In this document: positions 11,336-24,201 of the stretch, one piece after another
Numbering within the stretch: position 1 is the stretch's first letter
Layout: every line of letters begins with the position of its first letter
Source of the DNA: Mytilus trossulus
Taxonomy: Eukaryota
Direction of reading: 5' to 3'
NCBI RefSeq assembly: GCF_036588685.1
Contig: NC_086373.1
Span: forward strand, 112,096,001 to 112,160,000
Length of the DNA stretch: 64,000 nucleotides
Translations under genes and position numbers: made by a program
The notes under the pieces: model-generated
The model's input: only the letters and a program-made list of their open reading frames with translations
Database searches by the model: none
Told to the model about the DNA's origin: nothing

Positions 11336-12990
11336 TACTTTAATCTGGCAACTGGGGATATTTATTATCTAGATTTTGTTATGCTTTCCTTGGATGTGTA
11401 TTTACATTTTTAAATATATGTAATATGTATATTTTGCACTGTAATCTTTATTAATTGACAATCCGGTACATTTGTATGAAAGAGTGTTGATGCATGTCTT
11501 GTCATTCATATATAATATAATATATGTATTTATACCTGGTTAACCTTACAACTGCAGTTTTAAGATGATGTATATATATATTTCTATTTTCACAACTTAA
11601 CCTCATTCTAAAAAAAAAATTGTCCATATCTCAGTATTAGATAATTCCTAACAGTGCTAAATACACTTTCTATATGTTCTACCCTTAAATTATTTTAAAA
11701 TGGTTTTCACTTTTCAATTTTCTTGTTTTCTGAAACACAGTTTTGATAACTTATCCAAATACTTTGAATTTGTTTTTACATTTTTTTACAGAATAATTCA
11801 CTACAAATAATTTGGTATTCATATAATTCCTATTTCTAGATTTAAATACAGTATACTAATTTCAGTCAAAAGTACAAATCACAACAGTTATTTCCCCTTT
11901 CATTTTGGAGTTCAGTTATTCAGGCTTTTTATTCAAACATTTTTTGTCCCCAATATCATTTTTAAACTTATGTATTAACATTTTTTCTTAAAATTATCAA
12001 TAAATAGTTTAATTTCATTCCTTGAGTTTGTTAGTATATTAAAATGGTAAACATAGGGACCCCAACAACACATAAAACCATAAATATATTGTGTCAAAAT
12101 CAACATACAAACAAAAACATTAAAACAAAAGTAAAAACATCTTTGACAGTACTGAAACAATTGTGAGGTCAACATCAACAACACATAAAACACATTAAGA
12201 CATCTTAAAGCATACTAAAATGATCATGTGGGGAAACTGTCAGCAATCCAAATTACATGAACCACAAAAAGATATCTAGAAGAATACAGATATGACTTTG
12301 GGTCAACTTAATGACACACATAGCAACAAAAGATGTAAAAGAGAGAGAGAAGAAACCAAGGGGATTATCAAATAGAAATAAAAAGATAGTAAGTTAAGTA
12401 AGTAAGTAAGTAAGTAAATTTTATTTAGAGTCGGCATATATATACATAATAACAGAGAAAACATGAGCTTTGGTGAGCTCTTTAACTGACTATCACATAA
12501 AAAATCATGCAGCATCATGAGATGTGGTAAGGGTGCCAATGAAACAACTCTCCATTCAAGTCACAATGTGTAAAAAGTTAACAATTATAGGTCAAGGTAC
12601 GGCCATTACATGTAGCCTTAGCTCACACCGAACAGCAAAGGATCCCAAAATGACAAATGTAAAACCATTCAAATGGGAAAACCAAGTCTAATCTATATAA
12701 AAGATTAGAAACCAAAAACACTTATGAACAACATCAACAAACGACAACCATTGAACAACAAATCCATAAGTTCAATGACATAGTATTGAAATAAGTATAT
12801 GAAGTCAACATCAGCAACACAACATGATATTGGCCATGGAAAGTTTCTCTTTATGTAAAAATGAGAATATGTGGTATAAGTATCAATAAGACAACCATCC
12901 ACCAGAAATGAAATAAGATAGTTGTAAACAATTTAAATAAGAAAACAAATGCATGTCTTTTGTTCAAAACTATTAAACAAAAACAAATAT

Positions 12991-15900
12991 GACAGACAGA
13001 TAGCAAACAATGGCAACCTCTGTGTAACAGGCTCTTGAGTTGGGACATGACAGACAGCAAACAATGGCAACCTCTGTGTAACAGGCTCTTGACTTGGGAC
13101 ATGACAGACAGCAAACAATGGCAACCTCTGTGTAACAGACTCTTGACTTGGGACATGACAGACAGCAAACAATGGCAACCTCTGTGTAACAGGCTCTTCA
13201 CTTGGGACATGACAGACAGCAAACAATGGCAACCTCTGTGTAACAGGCTCTTCACTTGGGACATGATAGACAGCAAACAATGGCAACCTCTGTGTAACAG
13301 GCTCTTGACTTGGGACATGACAGACAGCAAACAATGGCAACCTCTGTGTAACAGGCTCTTCACTTGGGACATGACAGACAGCAAACAATGGCAACCTCTG
13401 TGTAACAGGCTCTTGACTTGGGACATGACAGACAGCAAACAATGGCAACCTCTGTGTAACAGGCTCTTGAGTTGGGACATGACAGACAGCAAACAATGGC
13501 AATCTCTGTGTAACTGGCTCTTGAGTTGGGACATGACAGACAGCAAACAATGGCAACCTCTGTGTAACAGGCTCTTGACTTGGGACATGACAGACAGCAA
13601 ACAATGGCAACCTCTGTGTAACAGGCTCTTGACTTGGGACAGACAGACAGCAAACAATGGCAACCTCTGTGTAACAGGCTCTTGACTAGGGACAGACAGA
13701 CAGCAAACAATGGCAACCTCTGTGTAACAGGCTCTTGACTTGGGACATGACAGACAGCAAACAATGGCAACCTCTGTGTAACAGGCTCTTGACTTGGGAC
13801 AGACTTGGGACATGACAGACAGCAAACAATGACAACCTCTGTGTAACAGGCTCTTGAGTTGGGACATGACAGACAGCAAACAATGGCAACCTCTGTGTAA
13901 CAGGCTCTTGAGTTGGGACATGACAGACAGCAAACAATGGCAACCTCTGTGTAACAGGCTCTTGACTTGGGACATGACAGACAGCAAACAATGGCAAACT
14001 CTGTGTAACAGGCTCTTGAGTTGGGACATGACATACAGCAAACAATGGCAACCTCTGTGTAACAGGCTCTTGACTTGGGACATGACAGACAGCAAACAAT
14101 GGCAACCTCTGTGTAACAGGCTCTTGAGTTGGGACATGACAGACAGCAAACAATGGCAACCTCTGTGTAACAGGCTGTTGACTTGGGACATGACAGACAG
14201 CAAACAATGGCAACCTCTGTGTAACAGGCTCTTGACTTGGGACATGACAGACAGCAAACAATGGCAACCTCTGTGTAACAGGCTTTTGACTTGGGACATG
14301 ACAGACAGCAAACAATGGCAACCTCTGTGTAACAGGCTCTTGAGTTGGGACATGACAGACAGCAAACAATGACAACCTCTGTGTAACAGGCTCTTGACTT
14401 GGGACATGACAGACAGCAAACAATGGCAACCTCTGTGTAACAGGCTCTTGACTTGGGACAGACAGACAGCAAACAATGGCAACCTCTGTGTAACAGGCTC
14501 TTGACTAGGGACAGACAGACAGCAAACAATGGCAACCTCTGCGTAACATCTTGACTTGGGACATGACAGACAGCAAACAATGGCAACCTCTGTGTAACAG
14601 GCTCTTGACTTGGGACATGACAGACAGCAAACAATGGCAACCTCTGTGTAACAGGCTTTTGACTTGGGACATGACAGACAGCAAACAATGGCAACCTCTG
14701 TGTAACAGGCTCTTGACTTGGAACATGACAGACAGCAAACAATGGCAACCTCTGTGTAACAGGCTCTTGACTTGGGACAGACTTGGGACATGACAGACAG
14801 CAAACAATGGCAACCTCTGTGTAACATCTTGACTTGGGACATGACAGACAGCAAACAATGGCAACCTCTGTGTAACAGGCTCTTGACTTGAGACATGACA
14901 GACAGCAAACAATGGCAACCTCTGTGTAACAGGCTCTTGACTTGAGACATGACAGACAGCAAACAATGGCAACCTCTGTGTAACAGGCTCTTGACTTGGG
15001 ACATGACAGACAGCAAACAATGGCAACCTCTGTGTAACAGGCTCTTGACTTGGAACATGACAGACAGCAAACAATGGCAACCTCTGTGTAACAGGCTCTT
15101 GACTTGGGACATGACAGACAGCAAACAATGGCAACCTCTGTGTAACAGGCTCTTGACTTGGGACATGACAGACAGCAAACAATGGCAACCTCTGTGTAAC
15201 AGGCTCTTGACTTGGGACATGACAGACAGCAAACAATGACAACCTCTGTGTAACAGGCTCTTGACTTGGGACATGACAGACAGCAAACAATGGCAACCTC
15301 TGTGTAACAGGCTCTTGACTTGGGACATGACAGACAGCAAACAATGGCAACCTCTGTGTAACAGGCTCTTGACTAGGGACATGACAGACAGCAAACAATG
15401 GCAACCTCTGTGTAACAGGCTCTTGACTAGGGACATGACAGACAGCAAACAATGGCAACCTCTGTGTAACAGGCTCTTGACTTGGGACATGACAGACAGC
15501 AAACAATGGCAACCTCTGTGTAACAGGCTCTTGACTTGGGACATGACAGACAGCAAACAATGGCAACCTCTGTGTAACAGGCTCTTGACTTGGGATATGA
15601 CAGACAGCAAACAATGGCAACCTCTGTGTAACAGGCTCTTGACTAGGGACATGACAGACAGCAAACAATGGCAACCTCTGTGTAACAGGCTCTTGACTAG
15701 GGACATGACAGACAGCAAACAATGGCAACCTCTGTGTAACAGGCTCTTGACTTGGGACATGACAGACAGCAAACAATGGCAACCTCTGTGTAACAGGCTC
15801 TTGACTTGGGACATGACAGACAGCAAACAATGGCAACCTCTGTGTAACAGGCTCTTGACTTGGGACATGACAGACAGCAAACAATGGCAACCTCTGTGTA

Positions 15901-16247
15901 ACAGGCTCTTGACTTGGGATATGACAGACAGCAAACAATGGCAACCTCTGTGTAACAGGCTCTTGACTAGGGACATGACAGACAGCAAACAATGGCAACC
16001 TCTGTGTAACAGGCTCTTGACTAGGGACATGACAGACAGCAAACAATGGCAACCTCTGTGTAACAGGCTCTTGACTTGGGACATGACAGACAGCAAACAA
16101 TGGCAACCTCTGTGTAACAGGCTCTTGACTTGGGACATGACAGACAGCAAACAATGGCAACCTCTGTGTAACAGGCTCTTGACTTGGGACATGACAGACA
16201 GCAAACAATGGCAACCTCTGTGTAACAGGCTCTTGACTTGGGACATG
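12991..16247. repeat. 54-bp tandem array, ~60 copies, in PARS2 intron
   Basis: Unit gacagacagcaaacaatggcaacctctgtgtaacaggctcttgacttgggacat; highly homogeneous with a few indel variants. Confidence 0.97.
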
Positions 16248-16496
16248 CATATACAGAATGTAGTACAATTAAACATGTTTGTACACATTTTTGTTTAGGG
16301 GCCAGCTGAAGCCCTCCTCTGGGTGCGGGAATTTTTCACTACCTTGAAGACCTGTTAGTGACCTTCTGCGTAAGTCCAGGTATATCTTTAACAATTTTGA
16401 ATCTGTTAAAGGACTGTGTTCTAAAGAACTCACCCATCCTAAATAGATTATGATGATAAATCTCGAATCTGTTAAAAGAAGGACAAAAGAACTCAC

Positions 16497-16570
16497 CGGT
16501 CCTAAACAGTAATCTTGTTTGTGTCGGTCTTTTAATCTGAATAATTCAGCACCTGCAGAATCCCATCTGT
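16497..16570 (-). CDS. PARS2: PARS2 coding exon 3 ((D)RWDSAGAELFRLKDRHKQDYCLGP)
   Basis: ttttcAG acceptor, GTGAGT donor, 74 nt; phase matches exon 2 (G+AC = Asp). Confidence 0.93.
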
Positions 16571-17269
16571 CTGAAAAAAAGATAAATGAAAAATCAACTT
16601 AAAATATTCAGATTTTCTTTATAAATATCATTTGACAAGAAAAAGACAATGCTACCATTTTACTGCCTTTGTTCTATTTTTAGCCATTGTGGTCATGTTG
16701 GTAATTTTTGTTTGTTTGCTGGTTCACCTGACACATTTTTGAAACTAGATACCATAGGAATGATTGTGTCAACTTTTTTTTTGTCTTCATAGATATTAGA
16801 AGATGTGGTATGAATGTCAATGAGACAACTCTGCTTCCAAGTCACAATTTGTAAAAGTTAACCATGATAGGTCAAAGTACAGTCTTCAACAAGGAGCCTT
16901 TGCTTTGGGGAGGGGAACTGGGTCAGACCTTCATTGGGACTCTGGGATCAGTGTTTTTAAGCTTGGGATTGATTCTTTCAGGATCTGGGAATTCTTTTTT
17001 TTTTAATTTCAGGATGTCAGAACTTAAATTTCTTTAAATTAGGGAACTTGGGGTATCATGTTTTTAAGCCCTGAGTTACAGAATCAGGACCTCCCCTTAT
17101 ACATGTAGTAATTTCAGAGAGGACTTTTGATAAATTACCAGAAAACAAAAGAATACAAGATGAGGGATGCAACATCTCATAAAGCCCTTAAGGCCATGTC
17201 AGCTAAAACAGTTTGGTTTTTGTCCACATAAACTCTACTTTAAAAATTTTCAAAGTGATTTTTTTGTAC

Positions 17270-17447
17270 CTGTTTTCTTCCATAAGCTGGCTAAAGCAAG
17301 TGTCGGCATACAAATCTTCTGTGCACCAATAGTATCCAGTTCTTTATCAATGACCTTTATAAGTTTCTCAAGGACACGTTGACCCAGTGGTAGTAAATGG
17401 AAACCTCCAGGATGACAGTTCTGTATTATGTCATTGTAGATCATCAA
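17270..17447 (-). CDS. PARS2: PARS2 coding exon 2 (LMIYNDIIQNCHPGGFHLLPLGQRVLEKLIKVIDKELDTIGAQKICMPTLALASLWKKT; motif 1)
   Basis: tatttaAG acceptor, GTAC donor, 178 nt; bacterial-type ProRS motif 1 region. Confidence 0.92.
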
Positions 17448-17577
17448 CTTAAATAAATAAAGATTGATTGAGAGATTGTTGTGGCAAATATTTCTTGTAG
17501 ATTCATGACTTGAATAATTTCTGAAACACCCTCAAAGCATCTAAGAATCAGTTCCAACTCCTACTCTTTGTTCTAGC

Positions 17578-18010
17578 AAAGTACAGAACATACAGTGAGT
17601 AAAGTACAGAACATAAATTGAGTAAAGTACAGAACATAAATTGAGTAAAGTACAAAACATACATTCAGTAAAGTAAAGAGCATAAATTGAGTAAAGTACA
17701 GTTGATTAAAGTACAGAACATAAATTGTGTAAAGTACAAAACATACATTGAGTAAAGTACAGAACATAAAGTGAGTGTGGTACAAAACATACATTGAGTA
17801 AAGTACAGAACATAAAGTGAGTAAAGTACAGAATATACATTGAGTAAAGTACAGAACACAAAGTGAGTAAAGTACAGAACACAAAGTGAGAAAAGTACAG
17901 AACACAAATTGAGTAAAGTACAGAACACAAATTGAGTTAAGTACAGAACATAAAGTGAGTAAAGAAAAGAACATAAAGTGAGTAAAGTACAGAACAAAAA
18001 TTGAGTTAAG
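17578..18010. repeat. ~23-bp AT-rich minisatellite
   Basis: agtaaagtacagaacataaattg-like unit, roughly 18 degenerate copies. Confidence 0.9.
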
Positions 18011-18651
18011 TGAAAACAAAACTTTATAAATTGCATGTGTCCAAAGTACTTTTCTTGATTAGACTTCATCAGGAATGGTCAACGCCAAGTACTTGAAAGC
18101 CAATGATGTATAAGAATTAGTAAGTCTGCAAAAAAGGATCAGGCAATTTTATCTGCAAAAAGGCCTCTTTATAAATATTGACTGACTGGCTAGAAAAAAG
18201 AAAATGTGGTATGATTGTCCATGAGACAACTCTCCACAAGAGAACAAAATGACACAGAAATGAACAACTATAGGTCACCATACAGCCTTCAACAATGAGC
18301 ACAGCTCACACAGCATAGTCAGCTATACAAGGCCCCTAAATGACTATGTAAAACATTTCAAGCGATTAAACTAATGGCCTAATTTATGTACAAAAAATGA
18401 AAGAATAACAAATATGAGCCTAGACTCTGTATTGAAGGCAGTACCTTGACCTATGTGGTTACTTTAATAAATTGTGACTTGGATGGAGGGTTGTCTCATT
18501 GACACTCATATCACATCTTCCTTTATCTATGTACATGTAACACATGTAAGCAAACAACAATCACTGGCAAATAAATTTTTTTGTTGTGTTTCTTTAATGG
18601 GGGTTGGGATGGGGGTAGGGCATATTCCACTTAAGTTTACACAGATAAAGG

Positions 18652-19531
18652 CAGGGTTTCCGCTGGCGGCCGCCATTTTCACAATTTGCGAAAAATAATG
18701 ATTGTGGCGATTAAAATTCGTCATTGTTGAAAGAATTTGGCGAAAGAAATATATATAACGATTTATTTTCAGCCATCTTGTTTATTTACTTTTTTCGGGT
18801 TTCTCTGACTTTACCAACTTTACCGATCAGACAATACTCGGAATTCACCTTGAACTCTTTTAAGATTTTGACGGAAAATCAATAATCAGCTGATCGCATT
18901 CATAGCTATCGACATCAAAGGACTAATTAATAAAGGTGTTGATTGTATGATATGACAAAATGATATGATTAAATGGCTTCTGTCACATGTCACAAAAGGG
19001 ATTAATTAACCACTCTGAGACGCATGTGTTTGAAGCAAAATTTTTACGCTTCCTCTCCTTCTTTTAATGATAGTCCAGAAAAGAACATTGTTGTTATGAC
19101 GAAAAATGTTCAAAAACAAGAAAGGTCTCTGATTTAAAACTTTATCAATTAACTTTCATATAGATCATTGATTTGAGTGGGTACTTCAAAGTTGTTTCAG
19201 TGACACACATGTTTCAAGCGTTTAGTTTTACTTATTTACGATGGTCTAGAAAAGAAAACTGTCGTTATGAAGAAATCTATTGAAAAGGTTGGCATGAGAG
19301 TAACCCTTCAATGTAATGACTACACCTTACACAAGGGATCAACTCCAAGTGATAAGATGCTTCGCTTTGTTGCAAAAACCACTTTTATTTAGGGGGAGGG
19401 CTGGAAAAAAAGAAAATTTAAAAGAAAAATATATTTGTGTTTCTTGGCGAAAAAAATAAAAAAGTGGCGAAAAATATATTGTTTTGGCGAAAGAGGTGGC
19501 AAAAAAAATAATTGACCATGGGGAAACCCTG
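18652..19531. mobile_element. Non-autonomous hAT-like DNA transposon, 880 bp, 6-bp TSD
   Basis: TAAAGG|CAGGGTTTCC...GGAAACCCTG|TAAAGG; subterminal tggcgaaa motifs. Confidence 0.8.
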
Positions 19532-19594
19532 TAAAGGTTTTTTTTTAACTAAACAATATGCACTTCAGTGCAATTATACAACAAGACCTATTAC

Positions 19595-19750
19595 CTTATG
19601 ACTTTTGCAGTGTAACTGTGAATCTTGTGGTGGAATTTTCTGTAGATTTTGAAACAGCTGGCTAACATATTTCCTGTGTCTGTACCTCCTCGGACTGTCT
19701 GTCAACAGAAACCATTGTCTTCCTTGTAATATGATACTTCTGAATAACAT
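19595..19750 (-). CDS. PARS2: PARS2 coding exon 1 (MLFRSIILQGRQWFLLTDSPRRYRHRKYVSQLFQ...HCKSHK; probable mitochondrial presequence)
   Basis: ATG at 19750, 52 codons, GTAATA donor in phase with exon 2; Arg-rich N-terminus. An acceptor (tttgtAG) 8 nt upstream of the ATG implies a 5'UTR exon further right. Confidence 0.85.
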
Positions 19751-20784
19751 GGTGAGATCTACAAATATACAGAAACATTGATGTGTTGCTTTAAAAAATA
19801 CAATTAAGACAAGGGGTAAGGGAAGTTACTCAGTAAAAAGTCACTCAATTATATATATATATATATATGAGTTGGAAGGAATTTCTCTGATGGTTACAGA
19901 ATGTTTGCAAGTTTCAAAATATCACCACAAAGCTATAAAATGATATGTACAGTGCAGTCCCTTGTGTCCATGCGGCGGGTGATATTGCGCATTAGCTGAT
20001 TTCATAAATTAAATCATTCTTGTTATTGTTTTAGCCTACCAAAGGGATTAAAAGGAGTAAAAGTTCAAAAGTTAATTAATAACTGCATTCCAGTGATTTA
20101 CCATATTTGGCCAATTTCCATTAAAAAAAATTACATTATCAGATAAAAATTGATTTATTTAAGTCAAATTATATCAAATTGAAATATTTATGCTCTGCAT
20201 ACATTTTGTACTTGGCAGCGTGTTTGGTTCAAATATACAACTTTCAACAAGTTTGATGCAATTCCGTCAAAAACTCTGGTTTTAGATAACATTATTCGAG
20301 CCTTTAGGGGCATTGTCACTTCCATTCAAATGCTGAGCATGTCATAATTTGTGGTTGAGAAACTATAATGTTATATTATTAATCCGTATATTTTAACAAA
20401 TTTGATTCGTTTAGGGATAGTCACATGTTAAACTATATTTTCGAAGGTAGAGAGAAAACGGCAGATAGCAAAAAGCATATTGCACAGAGCATATTGCAAG
20501 GTTATTTTTAGAATATCTAAAAACCGATTTACTTTGTGACGTCATGTAAAGAATTTCATGATATCGTTCAACGTTTTGAAACTAATGATATCTGTGATCG
20601 ATTATTTGACGAAAAAAATCTTCAAATACTTATAAAGAAGTCAAACAAACAAACAAAATAATTAAATAACAACTAATATGTTGTTATTGTCAAGGAGACA
20701 ATATGATGTATGAAATTCAAACAAAATCAAATGACGATTTTGATACAAATAAGCATTTTGGTCTAAAATTAATAATATAACAAT

Positions 20785-20910
20785 TTAGTCAATACAGGAT
20801 ATATCAACCCAAAGAAGTATATCGACCTTAGACTTCGTCCTCAGTCAATATACTTCTTTCAGGTCAATATATCCTTGTATCGACCTCATACAAAGGCTAT
20901 ATTTGTATAA
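20785..20910. mobile_element. Decayed terminal hairpin of a non-autonomous DNA element
   Basis: ggatatatcaacccaaagaagtatatcgac / gtcaatatacttctttcaggtcaatatatcc imperfect inverted repeat; a similar fold-back lies at ~29215-29340. Confidence 0.45.
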
Positions 20911-21239
20911 TATTGCGCAAATTATTGGGCAAACTGAAATCTCATAATTAACAAATAGCAGTGCTGTCATTTGGGAATTGTAATTAAGTACTTATGAAAC
21001 AAATATTATTTCTAGTTTATCCTGAACAATGAATGAATGATGATCACTAAGATGCTTGATGAACATTATTAATAATGTAGCAGAGTGATTTTTCATGCTT
21101 CATAAATTATGTAATTTGCACTTTTGAAATCATTGATTTATATTAAAAATCTACTTATCAAATTCTTATTGAGTCTTTAGTTTAATTATTTCACTCTTGC
21201 AAAGTATTTTTATCCTTTATGACTTGATTTAGTATATAA

Positions 21240-22571
21240 TGTACGTATTGAGTAATGTTACTCATGCATATTCATAGGGGTTGAAATTAAACTCTTGTTT
21301 TGATTGGTTCTTAGTTATTGGCGGTTAAATTGAGTTTTCCTTTGTGTACCTTGGGTAGAATTCACCTGGACAGTGGTCAGTGAAAGACGTCCATTATTTA
21401 CTCAGACTATTATAGCAGAAACCCATATTTACAGATTGTGTATTTATTATATTCAGCTTGACAGTTTTCTAGACATGACTAGTAAGTTGCACTTTCTTCT
21501 TTATTAACATTTTGACACGAATTAATAGATTTGGTTAACTTTCCTATTTTCGAGTAAATACTCTTCAGATTGCATGTTGATAACATCGGAATGAAAGATT
21601 TGAATGAGCGTATTTTTGTTAAAGAAGCTAGGTCATATTTTTATAAACATTGATAAAGTAATGTAATATTTGCAACTGATCATAGTGTTATTATGTAATG
21701 TTAGAGATATCGTAATAACAGTAATTTACGAATACTGCATGTAGAAAAATGGCGGCATGTATGATAAGTTACATTATATTGTGAAAAGAATATTCGAGTT
21801 ACATGTCTGCGTAATGCTATTTTCATATGGACGAATTGAATACAATTGTCATGTGATAAGTATTTTATACAATTACAAAGAGTCCGTTCTTATTATTGTA
21901 TTTTGGTTTTCAGGACTCTGATGTAGATTACTCCTTTATACTTTGTGCCAAGTTCCTTATTTACTAGAGAACTCACTCCACAAGTGGTTAGCGCATAATT
22001 TGTAGTTTTTGTATTATTTTATACCATAGAAATGATAGCTATTCATGGATTATTTTCATTGATGATTTGCATGTTTTTAGCAAATCAGTGGTATAATTTA
22101 TATGTCGGTATTCAGACATAGTAAATGCTTTTCAAATGTTGTAATATTTATTATGTTGAATTGTAAACTTTCATGGACTTGCGAGAAGTAATTTTAAGAT
22201 ACATGTAATTATATTTGATTGTAAACAAAATGAAACTGATTACCATTATATTTAAATGTCGGTCAGGGAAACCGGTTTGTTAAAGTACATGTGACATGTG
22301 ATGTATATTTCACTACACGATTGAATGAATGAACATTCCATAGTAAATGTGTATTTACTGTTTATAGTAACACTATTATTTTAGGAATCGTTTGAACTGT
22401 ATCTAAATTGTCTGTGATATTATGTGTATAATATATTCTTTATGTTACATGAACTATCATTAATGTTTATAATCTTGTTATTTCAGAGTTTTTATTCTCT
22501 GGTAATGAAACCATCCGAGCCTTAGAAAGTCTTTCGTTTATTTCATTATACCGGAAGAGACCCCTTTCACA
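21240..22571 (+). mobile_element. Solo LTR (Gypsy-like), 1,332 bp
   Basis: ATAA|TGTACG...TTTCACA|ATAA: TG...CA ends with a 4-bp TSD; no coding capacity; plus-strand splice-like signals inside. Orientation is inferred. Confidence 0.6.
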
Positions 22572-23978
22572 ATAATGCAGGGATACAGGCGACCCCCTCT
22601 ATCTGGTAAATTACGTCATAAAGGCGTACATAATTGATGAGTTTTTGCCAGTGACAGATGAACTCGAAAGTGGTCTATTCAGCTATATATTTCATAGTAT
22701 AAAATCTTATGTAAAATAAAAGGTTTTTTGAAGGCATGCACGAAATCACAGGACATTGCAGGAACTCTCAGAACACAGTCAGGGATATAACTCTATAGGG
22801 TTATTACAGGAAAATAACATACATTTGTTATTGTGGACTCAAAAATCAATTTTGAAATCACTTGTTTAAGTGCCACCCCTGACTGATGAGGGTAGTCCAA
22901 ATAATTATGATGTCTTGAAAGGCTATTGTATTTTTTTTTATCTTTGATGCCTGCCTCAAAGCAAAAATTTAAAAGTCTTCCAAGACATCATTATTATTTT
23001 GGCTATTACATGTATGAGGGAGGGTAGGAGGGGTACTGATCCCCCAATCATGGGCTTCAAAAAATGAAATCCCCCAAATCCTAGGCCTAAAAGCAAAAAA
23101 TCCAGAGGTCCCAATTTCGAAAAAAATAAATTCCTTGATACTAAATTCCCAAGCTTAAAAAAAAACGACCCCGGAGTCCCAATAAAGGTCCTATCCCCCC
23201 TCTATTATGACGGCCTGATGCATTGAGCTGTCAGATTAATGGTATGTGGGAATAATGGGATGTTGGACTAACAGTATGTTGCCTTCTTCCCACAGTCAAA
23301 TGGACTTCTGACTTTAATGGGAGGTGTCCAAGAATATTGCCATACCTCAATCAACCCCTGGGTGTGACAGTCTAGGAAAACATAATCACAATATGCAACA
23401 TGTACAGAAACAGATTGTTGTATTTTTGTATTTTTAAAACATCATTTTTAATGTTCAGTTTTGTGTTGTGAATGTCTGTATCTAGTTTAACCTGATGAAA
23501 TGTACCAACTATTCAAGAATTACGGTGCAAATGTAATATCAAAATCGTGTTTATTTTCCGCATGTGGTTACCTCAATGCTAAATTAAGTACTGTTGGGAT
23601 CCGAATATGTTAACAGACATGAATTTGTTCCTTGTAAAAAGTGTATTAATATTCTGTTTAGTTCATGGTTAAAATATTGCAATCCCTACAATACATTGAT
23701 ATTGTATTAGTTTACAAATAAATATTGACAAATCTGAACTAAGTTTCGCTGTATTAACTAGCTGCAGAAAATCTATATCAATGCACGTTTCCCTCCCCGT
23801 TCCATGGAAGCTCTCAAAACATAAAACTGGTTGATCTTGGACAACATAATGCAGATCTAAAGTTCACAGACAAAGAAAATATAGCATGTGAATTTTCAGG
23901 AATATATAGACTAAATAGACTAAAACTATTGAGACAAAACGGGTAGGTTGAACTTGCATCTAAGACTTGCATGGTAAC

Positions 23979-24087
23979 TAGTCCAAATAATTATGACGTC
24001 TGGCAAGGCTATTTTAATTTTTTTCTGGAAAGGCGTCCCAGAAAAATAATAAAATAGCCGTCCCAGACGTCATAATTATTTGGACTA
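23979..24087. mobile_element. 109-bp fold-back MITE with TAG termini and 9-bp TSD (AcademH-like)
   Basis: CATGGTAAC|TAGTCCAAATAATTATGACGTCTGG...CCAGACGTCATAATTATTTGGACTA|CATGGTAAC; an older copy lies at ~22894-23005. Confidence 0.85.
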
Positions 24088-24201
24088 CATGGTAACATGT
24101 TGTTTCGGCCATAGACCTTTCGGCTTATAAGTCTGTTCGACCATGTTATAAAAGTCTTCTTGGCCATATACAATTGAGAATGGAAATGGGAGAATAACAA
24201 C

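Noticed and set aside
12991-16247. CRISPR-like appearance of regular repeats (also 36010-38260 and 63012-64000)
   Set aside because: No unique spacers, no cas genes, and a eukaryotic intron-containing context.
12851-16298. Long Cys/His-rich ORFs (up to 1145 aa) on both strands
   Set aside because: Translations of a 54-bp (multiple-of-3) array that is stop-free in several frames; indels switch frames freely and there is no unique domain.
17573-18069. Hydrophobic membrane-protein-like ORFs (also 39415-40024)
   Set aside because: Translations of minisatellites.
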